From Spirogloea muscicola (lineage: Eukaryota), in the NCBI GenBank assembly GCA_009602725.1, contig WELB01000020.1, forward strand, positions 439,790 through 494,722: a stretch of 54,933 nucleotides of DNA. Direction: 5' to 3'. Below the pieces are notes generated by a model. It saw only the letters and a list, made by a program, of their open reading frames with translations. It was not told where the DNA came from and ran no database searches. Within the stretch, counting starts at the first letter, position 1, and each line of letters opens with the position of its first letter. Positions 39,881 to 53,100 of this stretch are shown one piece after another. Position numbers and translations under genes: made by a program.

Positions 39881-40631
39881 GACCAGAACACGTATTCGGG
39901 CAGTTCTACACCCTTCACCGGCAGTCCTTCAATCGCCTTGTTGTGGAGACGTGCACAGGAGGCAGGTGGCAGAACCTCGACGATTTGCAGAAGTGGCCTG
40001 AAGGATCTGTATGAGCTCACTCGTAAGAAGTTCAGTTGTGCTGTTGCCCTGGTATCTTAGCCCCTCTTAGCGGCTTCGCTTTGTGATGCCCCATCTTCGA
40101 AATTGCCAGAGTACTGGCTCTGCTTGGCCTCTATCTCAACTCGGTGCACCGCACGCCTCCTCAGTTGCCGAGGTTTTAGAATGTAACAGCTCTTACTATG
40201 TAAGGCGATGGCTGTGAGAGGCCAGCCCAGAGGAATGCACACAGCCATCGCTTTCACAGCCCAGAAAACAGCCTCTCCTGTAAGCGTCCTTCTCCCTTCT
40301 GGAAGAGTCCGCCTTCTTCTTGGAAGGAATGTACAAGGTCTGAAAATGGCCGGAAGCCGCAAAAAGCACGCAACTACTTTCCGTACTTCGAGAGAGAGAA
40401 ATTTTTCCAGTAGAGGGCGATGGCTGTGAGTAGCCAGCCAGCCCCGAAAAATTGGAACAAACAGACTTCCAAGGGGCCAGAAAAGCGCTGACGCACACGG
40501 ACTCAAGCGGCCACGGGGTGCTCCATACCCCTTTTTGGGCTTAGGGCTTGGAGTCCCCAGATTAGGGTGGCGGCTAGGTCTAGCGTCACACCAGGACCTA
40601 AGCGCAGGTGGCTCGCCCCCTCAGCGCGGCC

Positions 40632-43450
40632 ATGGCGGCGGGCGCGCCGCGGCCGCCGCCGCCGTCGCCGCTGCCGNNNNNNNNNNNNNNNNNNNNNNNN
40701 NNNNNNNNNNNNNNNNNNNNNNNNNNNNNNNNNNNNNNNNNNNNNNNNNNNNNNNNNNNNNNNNNNNNNNNNNNNNNNNNNNNNNNNNNNNNNNNNNNNN
40801 NNNNNNNNNNNNNNNNNNNNNNNNNNNNNNNNNNNNNNNNNNNNNNNNNNNNNNNNNNNNNNNNNNNNNNNNNNNNNNNNNNNNNNNNNNNNNNNNNNNN
40901 NNNNNNNNNNNNNNNNNNNNNNNNNNNNNNNNNNNNNNNNNNNNNNNNNNNNNNNNNNNNNNNNNNNNNNNNNNNNNNNNNNNNNNCGGGACGACGCTAC
41001 GCAGAACGGCGCCGCGGCGCCGCCGGCGGCGGCGGCGGATGCGGGCGGCGGCGTCGGCGCGGAGCTCCTGTGCGTCGTGCGGGCGCTGCTCAAGAAGATC
41101 CGGTGCCGCGTCCTGGTCGGCGACCGCGTGCTCGTCGGCGGCGTGGACTGGACCGCCTGCCGCGGCATGGTGGAGGACGTCCTGCCGCGCGTCTCGGAGG
41201 TCCTCGACCCCCCGGTGGCCAATGTCGACTTCATCCTGCTGCTGTTCGCGCTCGACCGCCCGCGGCTCGACGCCGCGGCGCTCAGCCGCTTCCTGGTCGC
41301 CGCCGAGGCCTCCGCCGTACCCTTCGCGCTGGCTCTTAACAAGGCGGACCTCGTCCCGCCGGAGGTCTCTGCCCTTCCGCCACTCCATGGCCAGCCGCTT
41401 ACCCTGGCCTTTGCCATCTGTAGACTCTGGGTGTTGCGGCAACGGCATCGGGGCCTCAGGATATCGCAATTGAAGGACAGCATGTGGGATAATGCTTTTC
41501 TCAGTTTCAGAGTATGGGTTGAATTACTGGGTGCACGTTGTACTAGGTTTTGGGTTTAGGGTACTTAGAATAAGGGTACTTCGAGGCAGGTTATGTTGCT
41601 GTGCTGGGCTGTCGACTGCTGCCAGTAAAGGCAGCTAATGGTGACTTCCACTGTCGCCTCCGTTTGTCTTCTCGCAGGTGGTCGAGGCCTGGCGGTCCCG
41701 CTTGCGCAGCTGGGGCTATGACCCCGTCGTCTGCTCAGTGGAGAGGCGCGCCGGCCTCGCCGAGCTCACGCACGTGCTGCGGAGCCGCGTGACGGTCGTC
41801 GCCGGCCCCTCCGGCGTCGGCAAGTCGTCGCTCATCAACGCGCTCTGGCAGGGCAGCTCTGATGGGCCGGCGGCTGCCGCCATGGCATCCTCGGAGCAGA
41901 CGCGTTGCGCCACCGCGGGGGATGCCGCAGGCCAGCCGCCGGCAGGGGTTGCTCTGGCACCAGATGTGGACGAAGACACTGAGGAAGAGTGGCACTATGG
42001 TGATAGTGAAGGGGACAACCTCACTGGCGCCACGGAGGCATGGCAGGCGAGTCCCTGCAGGACATCTTACTTCACTGCCATCCCAAGTCTGTTGTCTGTC
42101 AGATGGCGGCTGCGGCAACGGTTCTGAGGTGGGCGGTCGGTGCGCAGGTCCACGAGAGCAGCCACGACTTCCGGGGTGTGCGCGTGGGCGGTGTGTCAGA
42201 CCGCAGCGGCCGTGGGCGGCACACGACGCGCCATGTGTCGATGCTGCGCCTCCCGCTCGGCGGCCTGCTCGCCGATACTCCCGGCTTTGCGCAGCCCTCC
42301 CTCGGGGCGGTGTCGAGCGCAGGCCTTGCGCAGTGCTTTCCAGAGGTAATTGTAACACCCTAACTTCTGATAACCAATGTTATTTGTATGCCACGCCCTG
42401 ATGCCCAAGCTCTTCAAGTCTTACTTGCACCCTACAGTGTGACCTACACACACCCTGATCATAGAGGGTGTGCTGATAAGCCTCACCTTGAGGAAGAGCA
42501 TAACCCTTGGAGCCTGGATAAGCTTTTGGACCTCGGCGCACGTTTAGATTGAAGCGCAGGCCCCTCCCTTTTTGGAACATTTGACTAAAGCTCTCACCAT
42601 TACAGCGGGCCCTGTCAAAACTCCTCGCTTTACGTACTTGCGGGGAGAGTGAGACAGAGCATAGACACATCTGAGTTTTACCTGTGTGCTTGAGTCCTCC
42701 TCACCAAGCCCCCAGCCTGAGCCCCAAGCCTTCAACCCCAAGTTCTCAATGCATGTACCCAACCTCACCCTGCGTGAGAATCACTCAAGTGCCTTATCAC
42801 AGGAATGTGGGCAGCAATTAGTTCATTTCCACAAGCTGGACTAAAGCCATAAGTTGTGGTGCATCATATAGGTGCGGATGAAGACTGAGGAGGCTTCCTG
42901 CTCGTTCGCCAACTGCCAGCATCTAGGTGAGCCGGGGTGCGCCGTGGGTTCGGACTGGGAGCGGCATGAGCACTACACAAGCCTGCTGGCAGAAGTTCAG
43001 AAGCGGGAGGAGGTGGAAAAGCGCGAGCTGGGCACTAAGCGGGAAAGCCAGATCAGGTTATCTTCCACCTTGAGCATTGCACAAGGTGTAAGAATATGGT
43101 CCAAGATGTAGGACTCAGGCCGTAATGTTTTTATCTTCCAGTACGACCAGGTTACAAATATGGCTTTTACTTTCAGGCATTCATGAGGGCTTAGATTTCA
43201 TGGTTAGCTTTCTGCTTGTGAGCTAGGAGTTAGTGCGTGTTTACTTTTAGGCAAAAGTAAGAGTTGCTTCTATACGATTGGCAGGTACAAAGTAGGAGCA
43301 GCGGGCGTGCAGCTGGCGGAGCCAAGGCTGGTGAAGAAGAAGCACCGGCGGGAGTCTCGGCGGCAGGCTCATCAGGAGGTTGAGGACAGCCTCTTTGATG
43401 CTGAGGAGGAGCAGCAGGGGTTGGTGGCCAACTCCAAGACCTGCTTTTGA
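40632..43450 (+). CDS. rsgA: Organellar (likely plastid) small ribosomal subunit biogenesis GTPase RsgA/EngC, multi-exon, with an internal assembly gap
   Basis: OB region LLCVVRALLKK..VLVGDRV; PPVANVD; circularly permuted G motifs LNKADL (G4), GPSGVGKSSLIN (G1), GRGRHTTR (G2), ADTPGF (G3); zinc finger CSFANCQHLGEPGC. TGA at 43448-43450. Confidence 0.92.
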
Positions 43451-44450
43451 GTGTCGTGCAACTCCACAATGGAATGTAGCACATGTACTACATTCTTTGC
43501 TCGGGCTGAACACTGGCTTTTTTCTGGTTACACAGCTTCCTCAGACCTCTTGTACAACAGAAACTTGAACATATTGCAATAGTTAGCACCGGCAGGTCCA
43601 AATGTGCCTGCTTCCAGTGATAAAGCCTCCTCGCGAGGATATACATCGCCAAGCTCATCGGACATGAGAAAGGTGGAGGCTTTAGGCCAGGATAATATAT
43701 GACCAATCTGGGGACTACCTTCACTTTATCACATTATATTGGCAACTGTGTATGTAAAAGTGTGTACCTCGTCAAGGCTTATGCTGGTGATCTGGCAGAG
43801 GCAAGCTGGATCTCAGTCTCATGTGGCATATGAAAATCTGACACCATTGACAAGCAGACACAGATCGACCAGTACCCATATCAAGTAGTGACAAAATTAT
43901 CAGCTCTGTCTGCATGCTAAGATACTTGCAAGTTGCAGTTTGCTTTACATCCTTAGTTTCAATGCACTGCAGTGAGTTGCAAAGCACAATCACTCCAAGA
44001 ACTGAACGTGTCCAATTGGAATACATAACAAGAGGATTTGTAAGAATTGAATTGAAAGTGACTGGTCAGAACGTACTAAAGAAGAGGACATCAGAGTGTA
44101 ATCATGATATAGGTGCAGCAAGGAGAGACCAGCTAAATTGTCCTTAGACAGCCATCTTTCTACCAAGCTGTATGGCAGAGGGGCTGTCTGCAGGAATCAA
44201 GAGGCTAGTGATCATAGGCTGATGCTGTGACCCAGAGCTGGCTAAGGAGGGGAGGCGGATGCCTCAAAGAATGTCGGCTCTGATAATGCCAAAAGCAAAA
44301 GACAAGCTCTGGCACATTGAGGTGAAGCCGAACCCAGTAAGACGGATTACATCTGCAGAAAAAATGTCGATGCTACTAACTTTCTGACAGATAAGAGGGC
44401 GAAGCTGGTACTTAATAATAATGAGGTGTCGGCGGTAGTAGGTCTGCCAG

Positions 44451-47271
44451 TCACTGCGATGGCTTGGCCGCCCCTTGGGAGGCGTCGTTCTGATAGTACA
44501 CAATGTCGCCGGTGTTGGCCACAAAGTGGTCCTCCTTGAACGACCTGAACAGCGGTCCGAAAAGGTGGGAAGGGAACCAGCCTTTGCTCGGCTCCGGCTC
44601 ACGGTAATACTTGCCCATCACGGGCTTCACGGCTTCCGTCTGTCCACAGTTCAGCCAAATTTGTCAGATGCTCTTGCACTCCTCAACATCAGCTATCTCG
44701 GGACTTGTCAGTACCCGTTGCGGTACTACGGTCTTCTTTTCCTAGATTTCAGAATAAGATAGATAGGTAGGGTTTAGGGTTTAGGGTTTAGGGCCATTGA
44801 AGTTCTCAGTCACTTGGCATTATGCATCACGAAAGAGAGGTAATGGCATGCGAGGCTCGAATGTTGTGTCTTAAAGTGTGCTTAATGTCAGCTCAAGTAA
44901 GAAAGGCTATACTTCATCAACGGTTTCAACGATTGATAACATCACTGATTATGATCAATGCTACAAATTGGGTGGCCATGTATAGCGACTGACCGCATCC
45001 TGGAGATGGTAGTGGGGAATCTGGGGAAAGAGGTGGTGCACAACGTGGGTGCCAATGTCGTGGTGGATCTTGTTGAATACACCGTAATCCCTGTCAATGG
45101 TCGACAGCCCCCCACGCATGTAGCTCCACTCCTGCCAAGCTTGTCTTCAATTATCAGCTTATTACTTAAGCTTTGATTGACCCTCAAGAACGTCAAAGTT
45201 TGTATTCCTCTCAACACATGCTCACAGAGTCTTCTGACTTGTGCGTCCTCATTGCAATACGGAGGCCGTTTGTAAGTGACCTGTGCATACCTACTGACTG
45301 CATGTCTCATTACCTTGCCGCGGTACCAAGGAACCTTGGCATCATAACCGTGGTGGTGCAAGTAGGTCACAACGTCGAGCCAAATGACATTAATCTGCAA
45401 GACAAGGAGCAGACAGCTCACTGATAAGGGTGGTCGGATTGCATGATCAGAATGGAGAGCTGTTGCCAGATAATGTTCCCATGACATCTCCTAACTGTAA
45501 ACAAGCAACCATCTCCGCACATTGCAAAGAGTAGTACGGGTCGTATCCTGAACTCATACCCAGTAAGGGATGATATACAGGTTGAGCATGAGGAGTGGCG
45601 CTTTGAGAGTGAGGCCAGCGACGAGTGCCAGCATGGTGAACCAACACGCGGAGGAAGTGAGCACGTCCTTGCGCTCGCCGGGAGAAAAGAGGTCACAGTT
45701 GGGGTCAAAGTGCGAGCCCTCCTTGCCAGGGCTCCGCTTCCACTGTGCAAAGAAAGAGGGCATGCAGGGAGGACGCCTGTTACGGCCTGCCAAGGTAATG
45801 CAACAGCTCTAGACTAAGAGTATCATTGTGACATGCTCCAGCCGCCATATAGTATCTGCAAGATTTTTAAGTGCATGTGGCAGGTGGCAGTCCTGAGCAT
45901 CACATGAGAGGCCTGCCCTTGCCTGTCGAGACAAGGAGCCACACTCTTCATGACTTGTGTTAGTGGAATTTAACACCCAGCGTCATGCTACATTGTAGCT
46001 GCCTTGAGCACTTCTGCCTCACCAAGTAGAAGGGGTATGCCAGGAGTGCCCATGGGGTTCCCAGCCGTCCAATGTAGGCCCAGGTGTCGAGATTCTCAAA
46101 CACATCCTTTGTCATCTGCCAACCCACACAGCACCCTCGCTTCATCAGTCTAGTGCGGAGCTCCTTGGTTCCACCGACAGGACTGCAGTTGGGCCAGCTA
46201 AGGATGGCAGCTGTGGAACCCCACCTCTGGACTTGCCTGAAGGCCCCTAGCAGTTGGCAGCTGACTTATCATAGGAGCCAAACAACAATCGCGTAAGGTT
46301 TTGTGTGGCAGGCGAAAGCAAGAGTGAGCCCTCAAGTTAGTAACGCACCGGATGCCACGACTCGTCGTTCTCAACGTGGCCATGGTTGCCGTGGTGCGTG
46401 CGGTGGCTGATCCTCCTGTTTGCGCAGCCAGCCCCACAAGGGGTTGCATGGGTCACAAGCAGCCATTGCTCGAGGAGCGCAAGACTGCACGACCTTGCAC
46501 TTGCAAGCTGAGTCCACTTCACGTCTCGACATCCGGGTGCCAAGCCAAGGTGGCGGCTTCGCAGGACCTACACAGCTGGTGGCGGGGCGCCACGTGCATT
46601 GCTTCGCGAGAGGATCTGCGGGGGCGGCACGTCTGGCGGCTCACCACCCGTGGTAGGGGACGAGGATGGAGGAGTGCGTGATGTGCCCGATCACGTCGTT
46701 GAGCCGCTTGTTGTTGGAGAAGCTCCCATGGCCACTGCACGCACCGCCCATCGCGAAGATCAGTGTGAGCAGGGCATGACACGACATGACAACGACGAGG
46801 AGTTGCTGCGAGTCCACGGGCTAATCAAGAAGACTCTCCTACCTTAAGATGGATGGCACAAAGCCCTCCAGCATTTTGAAGTTTTCCGGGATACCAGCTA
46901 TTAAAGAACGAAAGTCTGCATGCGAGCCAGTATGAAGTGTGGTAAGGTGTTTGGGGGGGGGGGGGGGATGGAGCTGACCAGTCGTGGCCGAGGACAAAGA
47001 GCGCCCAGAACATGGTGCCCTGGGCGGCCCAGTAGAGCGGCCAGACCAGCGGGCTGCCGGCCGCCACCGCCGCCACGGCGAGGCCCGCGACAATGGCGAC
47101 GTCCCGCGCCAGGTATGACACCGACCGCCGGGCGTCCTTCTGCCAGCAGTGCTTCGGGATGGCGGCGCGGATGTCGGCCAGCGAGAACGGCGGCGGCGCA
47201 GCGGCGTCGAAGTCCAGCGCCGCCGGGGGGCTGGCCGGCTCGTCCGGCAGCTCGGGCGCCGGCGCAAAGGT
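44451..47271 (-). CDS. Omega-3 fatty acid desaturase (FAD3/FAD7/FAD8 family); 5' end lies in the gap
   Basis: Encodes [130 protein letters not shown] and [20 protein letters not shown]. All three His boxes are present. Stop at 44451-44453. Confidence 0.95.
44768..44793 (+). repeat. Interstitial telomeric repeat (TTTAGGG)3 in a desaturase intron
   Basis: TAGGGTTTAGGGTTTAGGGTTTAGGG. Confidence 0.75.
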
Positions 47272-47922
47272 NNNNNNNNNNNNNNNNNNNNNNNNNNNNN
47301 NNNNNNNNNNNNNNNNNNNNNNNNNNNNNNNNNNNNNNNNNNNNNNNNNNNNNNNNNNNNNNNNNNNNNNNNNNNNNNNNNNNNNNNNNNNNNNNNNNNN
47401 NNNNNNNNNNNNNNNNNNNNNNNNNNNNNNNNNNNNNNNNNNNNNNNNNNNNNNNNNNNNNNNNNNNNNNNNNNNNNNNNNNNNNNNNNNNNNNNNNNNN
47501 NNNNNNNNNNNNNNNNNNNNNNNNNNNNNNNNNNNNNNNNNNNNNNNNNNNNNNNNNNNNNNNNNNNNNNNNNNNNNNNNNNNNNNNNNNNNNNNNNNNN
47601 NNNNNNNNNNNNNNNNNNNNNNNNNNNNNNNNNNNNNNNNNNNNNNNNNNNNNNNNNNNNNNNNNNNNNNNNNNNNNNNNNNNNNNNNNNNNNNNNNNNN
47701 NNNNNNNNNNNNNNNNNNNNNNNNNNNNNNNNNNNNNNNNNNNNNNNNNNNNNNNNNNNNNNNNNNNNNNNNNNNNNNNNNNNNNNNNNNNNNNNNNNNN
47801 NNNNNNNNNNNNNNNNNNNNNNNNNNNNNNNNNNNNNNNNNNNNNNNNNNNNNNNNNNNNNNNNNNNNNNNNNNNNNNNNNNNNNNNNNNNNNNNNNNNN
47901 NNNNNNNNNNNNNNNNNNNNNN

Positions 47923-48047
<125 letters not shown>

Positions 48048-48671
48048 AGGAGGGAGGGAGGAGGGTGGGGGCCCCCACCACCGCTGTTGCGGCCCGGGAA
48101 ACCCGAAAGCCCTGCGCGCCGCACGATGGCCAGGTGGTGCAGCATTCTGGCCGTCCGATGTGATGCCCTGCGCGCCGTGCGATGAACGCACCCCGGGGGT
48201 CGCGCGCCGTCCGATGGCGTGCAGGGCGCGCCGTACGCCGTCGGATGCGGTGGGCCGCCCTGGGCCCGCCGACGTGGCCGGCGGCGGGGGGAAGCGCCTT
48301 CGGCCACCCGGGAGACCATGTCTGCGCCCGTCCGGCCACGCGTGGGACAACGAACACGGGTCGGCTTGGAATGTGGCTAGCGGGCACGTGAGCGGCGCAC
48401 CGGCAAGCCCGAGGGCCGCGGGACATGGGCCGGGACGGGCTCGCCGGTGGTGGCCCGCCGATCTGCCATTTTGGCGCCGGGCGAAACAGCGGGCCGAGGG
48501 GGGGGCCCCGCCAATCCCACGTCCCGTCTGCCTTAGCCTGTGGCTCCGCTAATGTAGTCATGAACACCGTCTGCATGCACCCGGCCGGCCGCTCCAGCCG
48601 CCAAGCCAGCCCGCTTTGACATCGGCAGCCGCACTGGACTCAAACTTGCCACTAATCGTTTCCTTGTAGAC

Positions 48672-48740
48672 ATGGGTACCTGCAACGCGGACCACTACTT
48701 TCTCTGACCTGCGGCTGCTCACCGGGGAACAGTGACCACC
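48672..48740 (+). mobile_element. Degenerate CRE-like ORF-end remnant
   Basis: TTCTCTGACCTGCGGCTGCTCACCGGG encodes FSDLRLLT, matching the shared C-terminal motif. Confidence 0.5.
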
Positions 48741-50176
48741 CAGTGGCCATTTCAGTCGATATGTGCTTCAGTGCTTTTTCCTGGCCCTCTTCGTGTCTGC
48801 TTTTCCTGGCCCTCTTCGGGTCGCTTGCAATGATTACGTCTGTGTGCATGTACGTGTGCAATGTCCACTCTCATTGACCATGCGCATGAGTTCCCCAGAT
48901 CAAGCTTGTGCTCTTGTGGCTAAAGTCCTCAAGCACCCAGTATGCGGTAACGTCAAAATTGTCAAGGTGAAGGATAGTGCCAGACGATTCCAGCACAGCA
49001 GAATCAGGAAGTTGCAGTAAGGGCCAAAATGCACAGACTAAGAGGCAATGAGTATGAGTGGCCAGCCGGAAGAGGACATCTACACAGGGGTGTTGGGGCA
49101 GGGTGGCACAAGTGAGAGGAGGCATACACCGCAGAGTAAGCAGTGTCAACTTAGCGATGCGCGAGCTCTGTCGCTCCTTAACAGCAGCTCCGGTCGGGGA
49201 GAGCTCGACCAGATTGCAAAGTTGCAGATGCTATCCCCATAAACCCGGCTCTGAAAACGGCACCTTGCGATTATAAGTCCAGATCGAGAGAGTAAGTGCA
49301 ATGACCTCCCTCCTCTCTTGGTCACGACTGCCTAGTCTATTCTGCAGACCTTATCTCCCTCATGGCATACCAATGGCACCTCTTGAAGTGTAGTGGCTGC
49401 TATGCCGTCAACTTGTTACCTACTATGCAGCTGCCTGGGAGCAGGCAACATGATACAACAAGCTTCCACGTACCCAGCTTGCTCCAGCATGTCCACCGCA
49501 AGCCTTTGTCCAAGTCATGCAGCAGTTGCTGGCCTTTGCTTCAAACCTTTTAAGCGATCGTGCTTTCAGCTCCTGCCTCACCCTCGTGGGGCTCTATCCA
49601 CCTGCAGAAATACTTCTTCTGCTACTCGACTATTAATGCTACTTCTTCCGGTACTCAACTCTAAGGCTTTGCACATCAGGCCCTTTGCCTTCTTCACCAA
49701 TGGAGCTGCCCTGCCTACAAGCCTGCTGCCTCCAAGTCTGTCCATTGTTTCTCGCCACTGTCAGCCACTGTTTGCTTCAGAAGAGCTTCAAACAACCATC
49801 TCGGCAGGCCCCTCACAGCCATAGCCTGCCTTCGAGGAGCTCGCATGAGAGGTCTTTCGCATGAGATACTCCAAGCACTAGCTGAAAATAACAGCAGCAG
49901 ATTGTAAGGCCCTGTGCCTGCAGAGTTGCAGGGCCTGTTGGGCTCAGCAGTTGCTTGTTGACAAGGACGAAGGCATATGTTTACAGCAATTTTCCAGATG
50001 GTGCAAAGCAGGCCTGCATGCATGTGAGGCTAGCATCGAGGCTGAATGTACCTACAAGCACAGCTGTTGCTGATGATGGAGTGGTGGTTGGAACAACTGC
50101 TGGGCGCAAGTGGTCAGCATGTTACATCCAGCGCCACTTGAGACAGGAGGTTGCTGGTACAGTGATCAGCGCAGCC

Positions 50177-53100
50177 TCAGGGCAGTGGCGTGAAGACCGG
50201 CGTGAGGGACCGGAATGCGGCCAGGACGGCTGCATGGAGCGGCGCATCTTGCAGGGGCCCCAAGCGAGCGAGCGGTGCGCTGGCCTGGAGGCAGGCCTGT
50301 AGGATGGCCAAGACGGAGGGGGCTAGCGCAGTGAAGGCCACCCCGAGACGCGCGGCCGGCATGAGCGCCGCAGCGAGGAAGTCTGCCGCACCCGCGGAGC
50401 GACGGCAGACCGCCTCAACGTGCTCCACCACCTGGATGAGATCGACAAGACACTTGCATGATGTGTTGCATGATCAGTAAACGTATACTGGACTCGACAT
50501 GAAATCCATTTTGATTGAATGAAGTCACTCATCATTAGAATCGTACCTGTCCAGCAGCAACTGAAAGGCCGGGAAGGTCGGGCCACTTCTGCGCCAGCTC
50601 CGACACAAGGACAACAGCCAGTAGCTGCCTGCGCTGGCTGGTCTGGCGCAGGAGCTCGCTGGCGATGGCTACACCCTGAGCAGCCATTGCGGGGACCTCT
50701 GCCACCAGCATCTCCACCAGCTCCAAGCTGTAGCCCTGCTTGTTGAAGTAAACCATAGCACGACAACCACAAACCCAGCTATTAGGAACTTGTAAAGACT
50801 GGACTTCACTTGTGCTGAAGGTGTTGACAGTCAACACAGAAGTCCCAGTGCTCCCAGTCACGCTATTGGAACAAGAGCCAGGAGGATAGGGTTTGCTTTT
50901 GGACTTCGTACCTGATAATGTAGGAGCTTCAGGAGCAGCGGGCTCTCGCGCAGGAGCAGGCTGACGTGGCCACAGAGCAGCCGCCGGCACTCCCGAAGCT
51001 GCCGGGCCTGGCCACTGTCGCCATCTCCCAGCTCGTCGTAACTCTCGCATGCCTCCAGCAGGAGCTGGCACACCGCACTGAGAAGCACCACATAATCACG
51101 GGAAAAAGAGGCCTATGACTTCCTGAACTGAGTGAAAATAGTTGATATGAACATCAACGAGTATGCATGGCATATTGTTGTCACAGGAGCTGTGTTTAGG
51201 TGGCACTGTTTTGTTTCCTTCTACGTCTACAAGCTGAGCTTCGCTAGCATGGCACCAATGTTGTCTTTGTTTCTCCTTGGGAATAATGTGAAAGTTCAAG
51301 GAAAGATGGCATGGTGCCCAAGTGGCACCTCTCGTGCGCAAGGAGTGCGCAGGCCAGCTCCTCCCGGCGGAGGTGCGCAGCTTCCTTGAGGGGCGCTGCA
51401 TCAAGGGGCGCAGCCACTGCCATGGCCAGGTGGCACACGCGCCGCTGTGCAGCCTGCGCGAGCCCGAGCTGCTCGAGGAGCATGGCGAGGACGGCGCGAG
51501 AGCGGAACGAGCGGGGGTCACAGCGCAGGAGCGCGAGCGGCTCCGCCAGGCGCTGCGCGATGTCGCGCTCCCACGGAGCCAGCAGCAGCTCCAGCGACTT
51601 GCGGTCCACCTTCCGCCCCGGCTTTGGCCCGCTGGCATCGAGTGTTGCTAGTCCACCACTGGCGCACGATAGCGCCTCAGCCAGGACGCGCCGTAGGCAC
51701 GGCTTGGCGGCCGGCGTCAGAGCCGCCCACCAGGCCTCCGCGGCGGCATGGAGGCTACGGGCGCAGCCTGGCTCCAGGAGCACCGGCACGAGGCCCCGGA
51801 GCGCCGCCGCCTCGACGTGCCAGACGTCGTCATCGGTGCAAGCCAGCTGACGGTCAGCAGTCGGCTTGCCGTGCTGTGACATGCCGCCGTTGGCATCACC
51901 CCGAGCGTAGCTATGCTGCATTGCTGCTAACAGTCGCAGGCCCATCAGCGGGCGGTGGCGGCTCTCAGCGGCCATCGCGCCAGCCTCCTCAGCGCTCGGC
52001 AACACCAGCCAGCAGTCAACTGGGCAACGCGGCAGGGAGGGCTGCCATGCAAGCCAGGGGCTGTCGATTGCCGCCGCCAGGTCTACGGCGGGACCCAGGT
52101 GCTCCGGTACCACCGCCAGGGAGAGCCCTTGGAACTGCCAAGTCAAATATGAAATGCTGGCATGTCATATTCGGAAAGAAGGCAAACGCAAAGTCAAAGC
52201 AAGGTCATGCGGTAGCTTGGACAAGGTAAATTTTGCAATACTGATCAGTAAGGATTCAGAGTGAGTTAAGTGAGGTTCTGCTGTTGAGACCAGCGGCAGG
52301 AGGAGCTCGAAGCGGTCCGAGTGGCGGTGCAGCGCGGCGGCAAGGTGCCGCCAGGGCACCGCCTCCAGGGCCAGCGCTGCGTCGCTGCCGTCATCGGCCT
52401 GGAGCTCCCCGTCGTCGCGGGCAGCCTGCTCCCGAGTCAGCAGCACGACTGCCGCCAGTGCCGCGCGCCCGATCTCGCGCACGGCCTCTTCTGATGCAAT
52501 GGCATTGCCGCCGTAGTAGCCTCTATCAGAGCTTTGGTATAGGTGACGGCATGCTGGCTCTAGTAGCTGTTGAATCGCAAGCCGTGGTGGCAGCGGCTGC
52601 CCACGTGACTCCCCGAAGGTGCGCATCAGAGTTATCAGGACCTGCAGATCACAGACTCTAAACTTTGAAGGACCACGTGTGACCTTCCCATGCAAACCTG
52701 AGAAGACACAGAGAAACAATCAGCAACACGAAGAGATTCCGGCCCAAAGAAGGGGGCTGAACTTTTGTCCCAAGGAGGCTTCAGGAAGCCGGCGCAGTGG
52801 AATATGGTGGCTGCTTTCGCTGCGGCGACAAGGGTCATGGGATCAAGGACGGCAAGGCCCCCGGTCCTTCTTCTTCCAGGCCTCGTCCCCAGCGCTGGGA
52901 CAAGGACAGTGACAAGGGGAAACGTGGGTACCTTGCCCTTAGCCTCTGTGTGCAATCTCGATCGGCCAACACACACGTCTTAACTGATTGAGATTGAACA
53001 CAGAGGTTAAGGGCGAGGTACTCACGTTTCCACTTATCTTTCTGCTGTGTCCCGGCCCATGGGGCGCTGTGGACGAGGCTTGGAGGAGGAAGGCCCTGGG

